A DNA stretch of 63,147 nt from Persicitalea sp. (GTDB lineage Bacteria > Bacteroidota > Bacteroidia > Cytophagales > Spirosomataceae): contig NZ_JBGSXF010000300.1 in the NCBI RefSeq assembly GCF_041751555.1, positions 1-63,147 on the forward strand. Reading direction: 5' to 3'. Of the stretch, positions 20,494 through 30,506 are shown piece after piece. Position 1 is the stretch's first letter. Each line of letters starts with the position of its first letter. The notes beneath the pieces are model-generated. The model saw only the letters and a program-made list of their open reading frames with translations, was not told the DNA's origin and did no database searches. The position numbers and the translations under genes were made by a program.

Positions 20494-21381
20494 TTGCTCC
20501 TCCTCACCCCTACCCAACATACCGATTACGAACTGATAGACTCGGGTGGCTTCGAAAAACTAGAGCGCTTTGGGGCTTACACGCTCATTCGTCCTGAACC
20601 GCAAGCGGTTTGGGACAAATCGCTGAGCGACGTCCAATGGAATGCCCGAGCTGACGCGGTATTTTCCCGCGACAAAAACTCGCAGGAGAAGGGCCAATGG
20701 CAGCTCAAAACCCGTATGCCCGAACGCTGGAATATGGTTTACGCAACACCGTTACTAGATTTACGGGCAAAACTCACGCTCTCCTCTTTCAAGCATGTTG
20801 GCATTTTTCCGGAACAAGCGGTAAACTGGGACTATATTGCCCATAAACTGAGTGTCATGCCCGTAGAAAAGCCTACCGTCCTGAATCTTTTTGCCTATAC
20901 GGGCGTGGCCTCGCTGGCTGCCAAAGCGCATGAGGCCGACGTAACGCACGTGGATGCCGTAAAACCCGTCATCAATTGGTCGAGGGAAAATATGGAACTG
21001 AGCAGCCTCGACAACATTCGTTGGGTAGTTGAGGACGCGATGAAGTTCGTGAAGCGCGAAGTGAGGCGCGGCAAGAAATATAATGGACTCATTCTCGACC
21101 CGCCTGCTTACGGCCGTGGCCCCAACGGCGAAAAGTGGCTGCTCGAGGAGCAGATCAACGAACTGATTGGTCTTTGCGCGGAACTTCTGGCTAAAGAAAA
21201 CCACTTCTTTATCATCAACTTGTATTCGCTTGGCTTTTCGTCACTTATTCTCGACAACCTGATTAATAGTCATTTCGGTCAGACTACTGGCTACGAGTCG
21301 GGAGAGCTCTTTCTGCAAGATTCATTTCGTAAGAAACTTCCACTGGGCGTATTTGCCCGGTTTTCGGATATTTCTACTTGA
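20494..21381 (+). CDS. Class I SAM-dependent methyltransferase (RlmI/RlmK-like)
   Basis: DYELIDSG..EKLERFG, KHVGIFPEQ, VLNLFAYTG, ILDPPAYGRGP. TTG start. Confidence 0.88.
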   Translation: MLLLTPTQHTDYELIDSGGFEKLERFGAYTLIRPEPQAVWDKSLSDVQWNARADAVFSRDKNSQEKGQWQLKTRMPERWNMVYATPLLDLRAKLTLSSFKHVGIFPEQAVNWDYIAHKLSVMPVEKPTVLNLFAYTGVASLAAKAHEADVTHVDAVKPVINWSRENMELSSLDNIRWVVEDAMKFVKREVRRGKKYNGLILDPPAYGRGPNGEKWLLEEQINELIGLCAELLAKENHFFIINLYSLGFSSLILDNLINSHFGQTTGYESGELFLQDSFRKKLPLGVFARFSDIST

Positions 21382-21452
21382 AAAAGGTTCTAAACCTTGA
21401 TTTAACGGTGATGGACAATGGCATTTTGTAAAAGAATGCCGAATTTTGCCCT

Positions 21453-22709
21453 TTGAAACGAATCAGGTTTGCTTTCCAAATGCCACTTAGGTCACATTAC
21501 AGGTTTTCCGTCGGACTATGGTTGGTATTGTTCTCGTTGGGCTACTGGTCCTGCCAGAGCGACGCCCGTAACACCACGCGGATTCCACCTACCCCCGTCA
21601 GCATTATTGGAGATACATGGCAGGAAGACGCTTTGGTGGCATTGGGAGATTTGATTGATCGAAAAATTGATTTGGACAACAATCTTTACAAAAGAGCCAG
21701 AATATATCTGAAACAGGAAGAATTCATTTTGGCAGAATCGGATGTCAACGCGGCCATTGACCTGAAAGATAATGTTGGCGAGTACTATCTGCTACGCGCC
21801 AAGGTTCGACACGAGTTGAACAAAATTGATCTCGCCCTGGAAGACGCTCAACGTGCTGAAGTGTTGCAGCAGGATTTGCCTGAATTGTATGTATTGTTGG
21901 CCGATCTCAATCAGGAAAAAAAGCAGTACCGCGAAGCCCAAAACTACCTTGTCACTGCTCTGAATATGGCGCCCTATGAAGGCGATGCCTATTTTGTAAA
22001 GGGAATGCTGCAGAGCAAAATGTCAGACAGTCTGACGGGTTTGGAAAATTTAAAGTACGCTCTTACCCTTAATCCACGCATGTTGCGAGCCTATCGGCAA
22101 ATCAGCTCGGTATATACTGACCTAGGAAATAAAGGTGAGGCACTTCGTTACAACGGCTTAGCTATTGATCGTTTTCCAAAAAAGGCTGAACTTCAATTTG
22201 AGCGGGGAGATATTTACCAAAGAAACAATAAACTGGATAGTGCGGTCTATGCTTACAATAAGGCTATCAATATTGACTCCACTTTGGCTCAGGCTCACTA
22301 CCGAATTGGAATTATTTATGTCAAATGGAAGGTTTACACGGGTGCCTTAGCTGCTTTTGAAAAAGCGTTACAATTCCGGCCCCGCTACCCTCAGGCTAAC
22401 TATCTGGCTGGGTATTGCCTAGAAAAATTAGGGAACGACGAACGGGCTGCTGAGTTTTACACTGCCGAAACTGCGCTCAACCCTGACGACGAAGTCGCCA
22501 ACTCGGCTCTGGCTCGTATCCAGTATCGCAAGCAGAGGCAGTATGATCCAGCCGGAATCTTTGCCTCCAAAAAAGAAACAGTTGTACCACGCGCTCCCGT
22601 CGTCGTTCCACGAACGCTAGACAGCCTGCGGGTTAAGATCAAAATCCTGCAACCCCGTCGCACTATCGACATGGGACGTGATTCGGCTATGCAGATCAAA
22701 ATCAAGTAA
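21453..22709 (+). CDS. Tetratricopeptide repeat protein, possible lipoprotein
   Basis: Multiple TPR units (AY..RG..Y, A...NP). Hydrophobic N-terminus ending YWSC. Start may be ATG 21480. Confidence 0.85.
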   Translation: MKRIRFAFQMPLRSHYRFSVGLWLVLFSLGYWSCQSDARNTTRIPPTPVSIIGDTWQEDALVALGDLIDRKIDLDNNLYKRARIYLKQEEFILAESDVNAAIDLKDNVGEYYLLRAKVRHELNKIDLALEDAQRAEVLQQDLPELYVLLADLNQEKKQYREAQNYLVTALNMAPYEGDAYFVKGMLQSKMSDSLTGLENLKYALTLNPRMLRAYRQISSVYTDLGNKGEALRYNGLAIDRFPKKAELQFERGDIYQRNNKLDSAVYAYNKAINIDSTLAQAHYRIGIIYVKWKVYTGALAAFEKALQFRPRYPQANYLAGYCLEKLGNDERAAEFYTAETALNPDDEVANSALARIQYRKQRQYDPAGIFASKKETVVPRAPVVVPRTLDSLRVKIKILQPRRTIDMGRDSAMQIKIK

Positions 22710-22807
22710 GGAACTGATAGCTATGCGGTGACTTGTTCACAATAAGCGAAGTTTTCCGGCTATATGTCTGAACCCCTCCATAACTAATCGACTAAACAAA
22801 TTAAGGA

Positions 22808-24751
22808 ATGAATATAAATATCACTCTCCCCGACGGTTCAGTCAGGGAATACCCTACTGGGGTTTCGGCGCACGAGATTGCGCTCAGTATTAGTGAGGGC
22901 TTGGCCCGGAATGTACTGTCGGCAAATGTAAATGGAGAGGTTTGGGACTCCAATCGCCCCATAGAGAAAGATTCAACCGTCAAGCTTTTGACCTGGAACG
23001 ACGAGGAAGGTCAGGCTACTTTTTGGCATTCTTCGGCACACCTGCTAGCCGAGGCCTTAGAAGCCCTGTACCCTGGTGTGAAATTCGGCACAGGGCCTTC
23101 GATTGAAAAAGGGTTTTACTACGATGTGGATTTGGGCGAAGAGACGGTTTCGAGTGACGATTTCGTCACCATCGAAGCGAAAATGAAGGAACTGGCGCGA
23201 CAGAAAAACGAGTACGTGCGGCAGCCCATCAGCAAGGCCGACGCCACGAAGTACTTCACTGAGAAAGGCGATGAGTATAAGCTGGAATTGATCGACGGAT
23301 TGGAAGACGGGCTAATCACGCTTTACACTCAGGGTAGTTTTACTGACCTGTGTCGGGGACCACACCTCCCGAACACAGGAGTGGTGAAAGCGGTAAAGTT
23401 GACCAACATTGCAGGGGCTTACTGGCGTAACAACCAAGATAACAAACAACTGACTCGCATCTACGGCATTACCTTCCCTAAGCAAAAGGAACTCGACGAG
23501 TACGTATTCCAGGTGGAAGAAGCCAAAAAGCGTGACCACCGAAAGCTCGGTAAGGAACTGGATCTTTTCGCCTTCTCGGAGAAGGTAGGCCAAGGTCTGC
23601 CACTTTGGCTGCCTAAAGGTGCAATGCTGCGGGAGCGGTTGGAGGGTTTTTTGAAAAAAGCCCAATTGCGGGCGGGCTACCTCCCTGTTGTGACCCCGCA
23701 CATTGGCAGCAAGGCACTCTACGAGACTTCGGGACACTGGGAAAAGTACGGCAAGGATTCGTTTCAGCCTATTCGCACTCCCGATGAGAACGAAGAGTTC
23801 ATGCTCAAACCCATGAACTGTCCGCACCACTGCGAAATTTACAAAACTCGTCCCCGCTCCTACCGTGATCTTCCGCTACGCCTGGCTGAGTTTGGTACCG
23901 TTTATCGCTATGAGCAAAGCGGAGAATTGCACGGCCTGACCCGGGTTCGCGGCTTCACGCAAGACGATGCCCACATTTTCTGCCGCCCTGACCAGGTCAA
24001 GGAAGAATTCGTTCGGGTAATTGACTTGGTATTGTATGTATTTAAAACTCTGGGATTTGATGACTACAGCGCGCAAATATCCCTGCGTGATCCCGAAGAC
24101 AAAGCCAAATACATCGGCAGTGATGAATTGTGGGAAAAGGCAGAATCGGCCATCATTGAGGCTACCGCTGAGCGGAATCTCAACACTGTTACCGAACTAG
24201 GTGAAGCCGCTTTCTACGGCCCCAAGCTGGACTTTATGGTACGTGATGCCCTGGGCCGGAAGTGGCAATTGGGTACTATTCAGGTAGACTATAATCTGCC
24301 CAATCGTTTTGAATTGGAATACATCGGTTCCGATAATCAGAAGCATCGCCCGGTGATGATTCACCGCGCTCCATTTGGGTCGATGGAAAGGTTCATCGCC
24401 ATCCTGATCGAGAACACAGCTGGACAGTTTCCTCTTTGGCTGTCACCTGACCAAATTGCCATTTTGCCCATTTCGGAAAAGTACTCCGACTACGCCGATG
24501 AGGTTTTCTTTGCCTTACAGGACGACGATATCCGGGGCTTCGTAGATCATCGCGACGAGAAGATTGGACGAAAAATTAGGGACGCTGAAATTATGAAAGT
24601 ACCCTACATGCTCATTGTTGGTGAAAAAGAACAAAACGACCAACAAGTTTCGGTGCGTAAAAAGGGCGAGGGGGATTTGGGTGCGATGTCATGGTCTGAG
24701 TTTTCCGCCCTTTTTGAAAAAGAAATTAAGGAGAATTTGGCAGGTTTTTGA
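22808..24751 (+). CDS. thrS: Threonine--tRNA ligase
   Basis: TGS start [67 protein letters not shown]. Confidence 0.98.
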   Translation: MNINITLPDGSVREYPTGVSAHEIALSISEGLARNVLSANVNGEVWDSNRPIEKDSTVKLLTWNDEEGQATFWHSSAHLLAEALEALYPGVKFGTGPSIEKGFYYDVDLGEETVSSDDFVTIEAKMKELARQKNEYVRQPISKADATKYFTEKGDEYKLELIDGLEDGLITLYTQGSFTDLCRGPHLPNTGVVKAVKLTNIAGAYWRNNQDNKQLTRIYGITFPKQKELDEYVFQVEEAKKRDHRKLGKELDLFAFSEKVGQGLPLWLPKGAMLRERLEGFLKKAQLRAGYLPVVTPHIGSKALYETSGHWEKYGKDSFQPIRTPDENEEFMLKPMNCPHHCEIYKTRPRSYRDLPLRLAEFGTVYRYEQSGELHGLTRVRGFTQDDAHIFCRPDQVKEEFVRVIDLVLYVFKTLGFDDYSAQISLRDPEDKAKYIGSDELWEKAESAIIEATAERNLNTVTELGEAAFYGPKLDFMVRDALGRKWQLGTIQVDYNLPNRFELEYIGSDNQKHRPVMIHRAPFGSMERFIAILIENTAGQFPLWLSPDQIAILPISEKYSDYADEVFFALQDDDIRGFVDHRDEKIGRKIRDAEIMKVPYMLIVGEKEQNDQQVSVRKKGEGDLGAMSWSEFSALFEKEIKENLAGF

Positions 24752-24856
24752 TTTTTCCTTATCATTATACCGTAGTGGCATTGTTTTTTCGATGAATATT
24801 ATAGTGACACCAATTTTTTCAACCTCAAATCCAAATTTTTTACAAAAAATTACTCT

Positions 24857-25414
24857 ATGGCATTAAGATCCCCACGCTCACGCGGCAGATACCGAGTACC
24901 CGAAGAACCTTACAAAGTCAACGAACGCATCCAGGCACGCGAAGTCCGCGTAGTCGGCGACAACGTCGAAACCGGTGTGTACGACATCACGAAAGCGCGG
25001 TCCATCGCCGAGGGGTTGGGCCTGGACTTGGTGGAGATTGCTCCCACCGCCACGCCGCCCGTTTGTAAGGTGGTCGACTACTCGAAGTTCAAGTACGAGC
25101 AGAAGAAGAAACAAAAGGAGATCAAAGCCAAGGCACAGCGGGTAGTTATCAAGGAGATTCGTTTCGGTCCAAATACCGACGATCACGATTTCGACTTCAA
25201 GTTGAAGCACGCTATGGAGTTTTTGAAAGAAGGAGCAAAGGTTAAAGCCTATGTCCATTTCGTTGGACGAACCATTGTTTTCAAAGAAAGGGGCGTTAAT
25301 ATACTCAACCGCTTCTCGGAAGCACTAGCCGAGTTAGGCAAGGTTGAGATGGAGCCAAAATTAGAAGGAAAGCGAATGACTATTATCATGGCACCTACCG
25401 CGCCGAAGAAATAG
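24857..25414 (+). CDS. infC: Translation initiation factor IF-3
   Basis: VNERIQAREVRVV, LDLVEIAP...PPVCKVVDYSKFKYE, KEIRFGP. Synteny thrS-infC-rpmI-rplT. Confidence 0.97.
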   Translation: MALRSPRSRGRYRVPEEPYKVNERIQAREVRVVGDNVETGVYDITKARSIAEGLGLDLVEIAPTATPPVCKVVDYSKFKYEQKKKQKEIKAKAQRVVIKEIRFGPNTDDHDFDFKLKHAMEFLKEGAKVKAYVHFVGRTIVFKERGVNILNRFSEALAELGKVEMEPKLEGKRMTIIMAPTAPKK

Positions 25415-25445
25415 TGATGAGTGATGAGTGATGAGTGATGAGTGA
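25413..25445. repeat. Heptamer tandem repeat (AGTGATG)x4 plus partial copy
   Basis: Read directly after the infC stop. A degenerate complementary version lies at about 14086-14108. Confidence 0.9.
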
Positions 25446-25508
25446 ATTTACTACCTGAGTATTCTCCATCCCCACTTATTCATACTCTTCATTTCCTACC
25501 AATACATT

Positions 25509-25548
25509 TCCCCAACCAAACCCCGCGTTTGGTTGGGGATTTTTTTTT
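25509..25548 (+). terminator. Intrinsic terminator after infC
   Basis: 13-bp stem TCCCCAACCAAAC/GTTTGGTTGGGGA followed by 9 T. Confidence 0.9.
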
Positions 25549-25562
25549 GCGGGAGAAACCCG

Positions 25563-25570
25563 TATTTTTG
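25563..25570 (+). promoter_or_regulatory. -7 promoter box for rpmI-rplT
   Basis: TATTTTTG(CG) just downstream of the infC terminator. Confidence 0.65.
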
Positions 25571-25611
25571 CGGGCTGTTTAAACTTTACATTTTATAAAA
25601 GACGATTTTTT

Positions 25612-25809
25612 ATGCCTAAAATGAAAACATTGTCTGGCGCCAAGAAGCGATTCAAGCTGACAGGTACTGGAAAAATCAAGCGCAAGCACGCCTTTCACAG
25701 TCACATCCTCACTAAGAAGTCCACCAAGCGGAAGCGCAGATTGGTAAAGACTGGCTTGGTCGATGAGACAGAGAAGAAGCGCGTACTGCTTATGCTGGGG
25801 TTGAAGTAA
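25612..25809 (+). CDS. rpmI: 50S ribosomal protein L35
   Basis: [33 protein letters not shown]. Confidence 0.98.
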   Translation: MPKMKTLSGAKKRFKLTGTGKIKRKHAFHSHILTKKSTKRKRRLVKTGLVDETEKKRVLLMLGLK

Positions 25810-25910
25810 TTCATTTCCAGTCCTTTTTTATTTCAATTGGTTTTAGTTTCCACCCGATTGTCGGTTTTTAAGCCTCAACGAAGCACCGGCCATCAAAAAA
25901 CAACATCATT

Positions 25911-26255
25911 ATGCCACGTTCAGTGAACCACGTCGCGTCTCGGGCCAGACGTAAGAAGATTATCAAAATGGCTAAAGGCTACTTCGGTCGCCGCAAAAAT
26001 GTATGGACCGTAGCCAAGAACGCCGTCGAAAAAGCGATGGGCTATTCTTACATCGGTCGCAAGCACAAGAAAAGAAATTTCCGCGCCCTGTGGATTCAGC
26101 GAATCAACGCTGGCACCCGTCAGCACGGAATGTCCTACTCAGCTTTTATGGGCAAATTAGGTACCAGCGGCATCGAGTTGAACCGTAAAGTACTGGCCGA
26201 TTTGGCCATGAATCATCCCGAGGCATTCAAAGCCATCGTCGATAAAATAAAGTAA
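25911..26255 (+). CDS. rplT: 50S ribosomal protein L20
   Basis: [42 protein letters not shown]. Confidence 0.98.
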   Translation: MPRSVNHVASRARRKKIIKMAKGYFGRRKNVWTVAKNAVEKAMGYSYIGRKHKKRNFRALWIQRINAGTRQHGMSYSAFMGKLGTSGIELNRKVLADLAMNHPEAFKAIVDKIK

Positions 26256-26269
26256 AAACAGCGACTACC

Positions 26270-26300
26270 AAACCCTCATCTACCAAGATGGGGGTTTTTT
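26270..26300 (+). terminator. Intrinsic terminator after rplT
   Basis: AAACCCTCATCT/AGATGGGGGTTT stem plus T run. Confidence 0.85.
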
Positions 26301-26413
26301 ATTTGCGTGAACGGATTGCATGCTAGTTACCATCGGTTCACCTTTACGTCAAATGCAAGTTACGGCGCAGTAGCCGTTGACCTTTTCATCCTTAACCGTT
26401 AATCCTAATTATT

Positions 26414-27034
26414 ATGCTAGAGCAACTTATGGGCATGATCCAGGAGAATTCCCAGGAGGCCATCGTTAGAAACCCCCAGGTACCCAACCAACAGAACGAA
26501 GACGTCATGCAAACCCTCATGGGTTCGATCATGGGCGGTATGCAGCAAGAAGCACAAGGCGGTAACGTCGGTGGTTTGATGGGTCTCTTGTCGGGCAAAG
26601 CTGTCAACCCTAGCCAGTCATCGAGCTTGATGAGCAATCCCATAGTGGCGGGCATTGCGGGTAAGGCTATTCATAGCATTATGGAGAAGTTTGGCATGTC
26701 CAACTCGGCGGCCAGTGGTATTGTAGCTTCGGTACTTCCCGGCGTCATTAGCAGCCTGATAAACAAAACTAGTAATTCGCAAGACGGAAGCATCGATTTC
26801 AACAGCATCCTCGGTAGCCTTATGGGCGGCCAACCGGGCGGAAACGCCGGAGTACAAGCCGGAGGTAGCGGCTTTGACTTCAACCAAGTTGGTTATGCAC
26901 TGGCGGATGGTAAACTAGATATGAATGATCTGATGCGCATCGGCGGCAGCATGATGGGCGGCGGCAGTTCCAACCAACAGCAAGAAGGTGGCATGGATTT
27001 AGGCGGAATGCTGGGCGGTTTGTTTGGAAAGTAA
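26414..27034 (+). CDS. Gly/Met-rich DUF937-like protein
   Basis: MLEQL..., SNPIV, KFGMSNSAA..I...LP.V, and a GGMLGGLFGK tail typical of this group. Confidence 0.7.
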   Translation: MLEQLMGMIQENSQEAIVRNPQVPNQQNEDVMQTLMGSIMGGMQQEAQGGNVGGLMGLLSGKAVNPSQSSSLMSNPIVAGIAGKAIHSIMEKFGMSNSAASGIVASVLPGVISSLINKTSNSQDGSIDFNSILGSLMGGQPGGNAGVQAGGSGFDFNQVGYALADGKLDMNDLMRIGGSMMGGGSSNQQQEGGMDLGGMLGGLFGK

Positions 27035-27093
27035 TTTTACAATTGACGCAGAAGGCTCCGAGGGGTTGACAGTCATAAAGAAGTAGTTTTTAG

Positions 27094-27125
27094 AGCGGAG
27101 CCAATAAATTGGCTCCGCTTTTTTT
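27094..27125 (+). terminator. Intrinsic terminator
   Basis: AGCGGAGCCAAT/ATTGGCTCCGCT stem plus T run. Confidence 0.88.
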
Positions 27126-27275
27126 AAGGCTTCCACAAAATAGGTGCTTTCATCATTCACCACCCTCTTGCCTGGTAACTGTCAATTTGTCACAATCACC
27201 TACTACCATCATTTCTGGTACAAGCTTTTTGATGTAGGAATCAGAAATCAACGATAACTAAAACAAATAAATAAA

Positions 27276-29177
27276 ATGGGAAAAATTATTGGCATAGACT
27301 TAGGAACTACCAACTCCTGCGTGGCCGTGATGGAAGGTAACGAACCCGTGGTGATTCCAAACAGTGAGGGTGCCAGGACTACTCCCTCCGTTGTGGCCTT
27401 TATGGATAGCGGTAATGGGGAACGCAAAGTGGGTGCCCCCGCAAAGCGACAGGCTATCACTAACCCGACCCACACCATCAGTTCGATTAAGCGGTTCATG
27501 GGTAAGCGATTTGGCGAAGTTTCTAATGAAATGAAAACCATCGCTTACGAAGTGGAGAAGGGTCCTAACAACACACCGCGCGTCAAAATTGGCGATCGGC
27601 AATATACACCGCAGGAGATTTCGGCACTTATCCTGCAAAAAATGAAGCAGACCGCTGAAGACTACCTTGGTCAGGAAGTGACGGAGGCCGTTGTGACGGT
27701 ACCTGCCTACTTCAACGACGCCGAGCGCCAAGCTACGAAAGAAGCCGGACAGATAGCCGGTCTGGATGTAAAGCGGATCATCAATGAGCCTACTGCTGCA
27801 GCATTGGCTTACGGCCTGGACAAACAGCACAAGGACATGAAGATTGCCGTCTTCGACTTAGGTGGCGGTACGTTCGATATTTCGGTTCTGGAATTGGGTG
27901 ATGGCGTATTTGAAGTAAAAGCGACCGACGGTGATACGCATCTGGGTGGCGACGACTTCGATCAGGTCATCATTAATTGGCTGGCCGAAGAATTCAAGAA
28001 GGATGAAGCCATCGACCTAACGCAGGATCCAATGGCACTTCAACGTTTAAAGGAAGCGGCTGAAAAAGCTAAGGTAGAGCTTTCTAGTTCGACGCAGACA
28101 GAAATCAACCTGCCTTACATTTTCCCGATCAATGGTATCCCCAAGCACTTGGTGCGGACGTTGACGAGGGCGAAGTTTGAGCAATTGGCCGATGGCTTGT
28201 TTAAGCGGATGATGGAGCCTTGCCGTAAAGCGATCAAAAATGCAAATATCAGCACCAGCGACATCGACGAGGTAATCCTGGTCGGTGGTTCTACCCGAAT
28301 TCCAAAGGTCCAGGAGGAAGTCGAGAAATTCTTCGGCCGCAAGCCCTCAAAAGCCGTAAATCCCGATGAAGCAGTAGCTATTGGCGCGGCCATTCAGGGC
28401 GGCGTGTTGACGGGTGAAGTCAAAGATGTACTTCTGCTCGACGTGATTCCACTGTCTTTGGGTATCGAAACTCTAGGTAGTGTGTTTACAAAACTCATTG
28501 AGTCCAACACGACGATTCCTTCTAAGAAGACGGAAACGTTCTCGACGGCGGCTGACAATCAGCCATCCGTAGAAATCCACGTCTTGCAGGGAGAGCGGCC
28601 TTTGGCCAACCAAAACCGGACGCTGGGACGTTTCCACCTTGACGGCATTCCGCCCGCACCGCGCGGCGTCCCTCAAGTAGAAGTCACCTTTGATGTGGAT
28701 GCCAACGGTATCCTGAATGTTTCGGCCCGCGATAAGGGGACAGGAAAGGAGCAGAAGATTCGCATCGAGGCGTCCAGTGGACTGACCGACGCCGAAATCG
28801 AGCGGATGCGTCAGGAGGCGAAAGCTAACGAGGAGTCGGACAAAGTTGAGCGCGAGAAAATCGACAAAATCAATGCAGCCGATACGCTTATTTTTAGCAC
28901 TGAAAAGCAGCTCACCGAGTACGGTGATAAACTCTCGGCAGACAGCAAGTCAGCCATCGAAGGTGCCTTGACCGAGCTGCGCACGGCTCATCAGAGTCAG
29001 GACGTAGCCGCTATCGACACCGCAATGGAAGGATTAAATACTGCCTGGCAAGCCGCCTCACAGGAGATGTACGCGGCGGGCCCTGAAGGTGATCCAACGG
29101 CGGGCGCCCCGAATGGCGCGGCTCCCGAGGGAACCGAGGAGGATGTCACAGATGTCAACTTTGAGGAAGTCAAGTAG
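27276..29177 (+). CDS. dnaK: Chaperone DnaK (Hsp70)
   Basis: [60 protein letters not shown]. Confidence 0.99.
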   Translation: MGKIIGIDLGTTNSCVAVMEGNEPVVIPNSEGARTTPSVVAFMDSGNGERKVGAPAKRQAITNPTHTISSIKRFMGKRFGEVSNEMKTIAYEVEKGPNNTPRVKIGDRQYTPQEISALILQKMKQTAEDYLGQEVTEAVVTVPAYFNDAERQATKEAGQIAGLDVKRIINEPTAAALAYGLDKQHKDMKIAVFDLGGGTFDISVLELGDGVFEVKATDGDTHLGGDDFDQVIINWLAEEFKKDEAIDLTQDPMALQRLKEAAEKAKVELSSSTQTEINLPYIFPINGIPKHLVRTLTRAKFEQLADGLFKRMMEPCRKAIKNANISTSDIDEVILVGGSTRIPKVQEEVEKFFGRKPSKAVNPDEAVAIGAAIQGGVLTGEVKDVLLLDVIPLSLGIETLGSVFTKLIESNTTIPSKKTETFSTAADNQPSVEIHVLQGERPLANQNRTLGRFHLDGIPPAPRGVPQVEVTFDVDANGILNVSARDKGTGKEQKIRIEASSGLTDAEIERMRQEAKANEESDKVEREKIDKINAADTLIFSTEKQLTEYGDKLSADSKSAIEGALTELRTAHQSQDVAAIDTAMEGLNTAWQAASQEMYAAGPEGDPTAGAPNGAAPEGTEEDVTDVNFEEVK

Positions 29178-29194
29178 ATATAAACAAATCTATT

Positions 29195-29226
29195 TCCCCA
29201 CTTCCGCTTTGGAAGTGGGGATTTTT
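29195..29226 (+). terminator. Intrinsic terminator after dnaK
   Basis: TCCCCACTTCC/GGAAGTGGGGA stem plus T run. Confidence 0.88.
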
Positions 29227-29341
29227 ATTCCTCAATAATTTTTTCTGAGCATAATTATTTACAGTATCCAGATCGACTTGAACGCGGGGTTTGTGGTACT
29301 GTTTTTTGAGCTTAATCCGCGCAATCAACAAAATACAATAC

Positions 29342-29557
29342 ATGAATCAAAACATCAGTTCTCCCGAGTTGGCCTACCTATCACCCACGACGCGTGAAAG
29401 AGCCATCATGTTGGCACAGGAGTTAGTAAATACAGACCAACTAACTCCGACAGAAGCAATCCGAACGGCGATTTTGCAAGCCAAAAATTGGGCGGTCAAG
29501 AGCGTTAATGGCAATGTTTGGAAGAAATTGAAGCAGGTCGATAGGGAAGGGTTATGA
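29342..29557 (+). CDS. Small helical protein (71 aa), YdaT-like
   Basis: ATG 29342 after an A-rich leader. L.P..RERAI..A..L......EAI..AI.QAK.WA pattern. ATGA overlap with the next gene. Confidence 0.65.
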   Translation: MNQNISSPELAYLSPTTRERAIMLAQELVNTDQLTPTEAIRTAILQAKNWAVKSVNGNVWKKLKQVDREGL

Positions 29558-30384
29558 TCGATTCATCTTTAAAATTTAAAGGTCAGACGATTATCGTCAC
29601 GGGTTCTTCCTCAGGAATCGGTCAGGCATGCGCTATTTATTTTGGTGGGCTTGGAGCGAATGTCGTTGTAAACTACCATAACGATGAGGACGGAGCGAGT
29701 GAATCCTTGAAAAAAATAAAAGCGGGTGGTGGCGATGGAATTACCGTTCAAGCAGATGTTAGCAAGGAAGCTGATGTAATTTCCATGTTCGAGCAAACGA
29801 TAAAAAAATTCGGTCGACTAGATGTCATGGTAAGCAATGCGGGCTTACAAGTGGACTCTCCTTTCTTAGAAATGACCACTAAACAATGGCAAAAAGTAAT
29901 TGACGTGAATCTTACGGGTCAGTTCATCTGCATTCGGGAAGCGGCCAAGCAATTTGTCAAGCAGTCACCCAGGGAAGAAAGTGATTCTAAAATTGACACA
30001 GGGCCCGCGATTGGCAAAATTGTTATGATGAGTTCTGTGCATGATGTCATTCCCTGGGCAGGACACGTTAACTACGCTGCCTCCAAAGGTGGTGTATCCA
30101 TGATGATGAAGTCGGTCTCGCAGGAGTTGGCCCCTTATAAAATTCGCGTTAATTCGATAAGCCCTGGGGCTATCAAGACAGCTATCAACAAATCCGTTTG
30201 GTCGAAGCAAGAAACATTAGAGGAGTTGATGACGCTTATCCCCTATCGCCGTATTGGTACTGCCGAGGATGTAGCAAAGGCTGTGGCATGGCTGGCATCC
30301 GATGAATCGGACTATGTGAACGGTGAGACGCTCTATATCGACGGTGGAATGACTCTGTATCCCGAATTTGCCGATAACGGCTGA
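29554..30384 (+). CDS. Glucose 1-dehydrogenase-like SDR
   Basis: TGSSSGIG, VVVNY, NAGLQ, MSSVH.VIPW, YAASKGG, PGAIKT.IN, IDGGMTLYP.F. Confidence 0.9.
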   Translation: MIDSSLKFKGQTIIVTGSSSGIGQACAIYFGGLGANVVVNYHNDEDGASESLKKIKAGGGDGITVQADVSKEADVISMFEQTIKKFGRLDVMVSNAGLQVDSPFLEMTTKQWQKVIDVNLTGQFICIREAAKQFVKQSPREESDSKIDTGPAIGKIVMMSSVHDVIPWAGHVNYAASKGGVSMMMKSVSQELAPYKIRVNSISPGAIKTAINKSVWSKQETLEELMTLIPYRRIGTAEDVAKAVAWLASDESDYVNGETLYIDGGMTLYPEFADNG

Positions 30385-30444
30385 TTCGTTTCGGAAGTTA
30401 CTGTTTGCATCTACTCAATCCCGCTCTTACAGCATATTTACAAT

Positions 30445-30472
30445 GAAAGCTCATCCGTAAGGTTGAGCTTTC
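30445..30472. terminator. Bidirectional terminator-like hairpin between convergent genes
   Basis: GAAAGCTCA...TGAGCTTTC. Confidence 0.65.
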
Positions 30473-30506
30473 GTTTGCTTCAGTTCAATATGTCAAATAC
30501 CTCTTT

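Noticed and set aside
22710-22807. T-box or thrS operator leader
   Set aside because: Only 98 nt, with no T-box consensus or anticodon-like hairpin recognisable.
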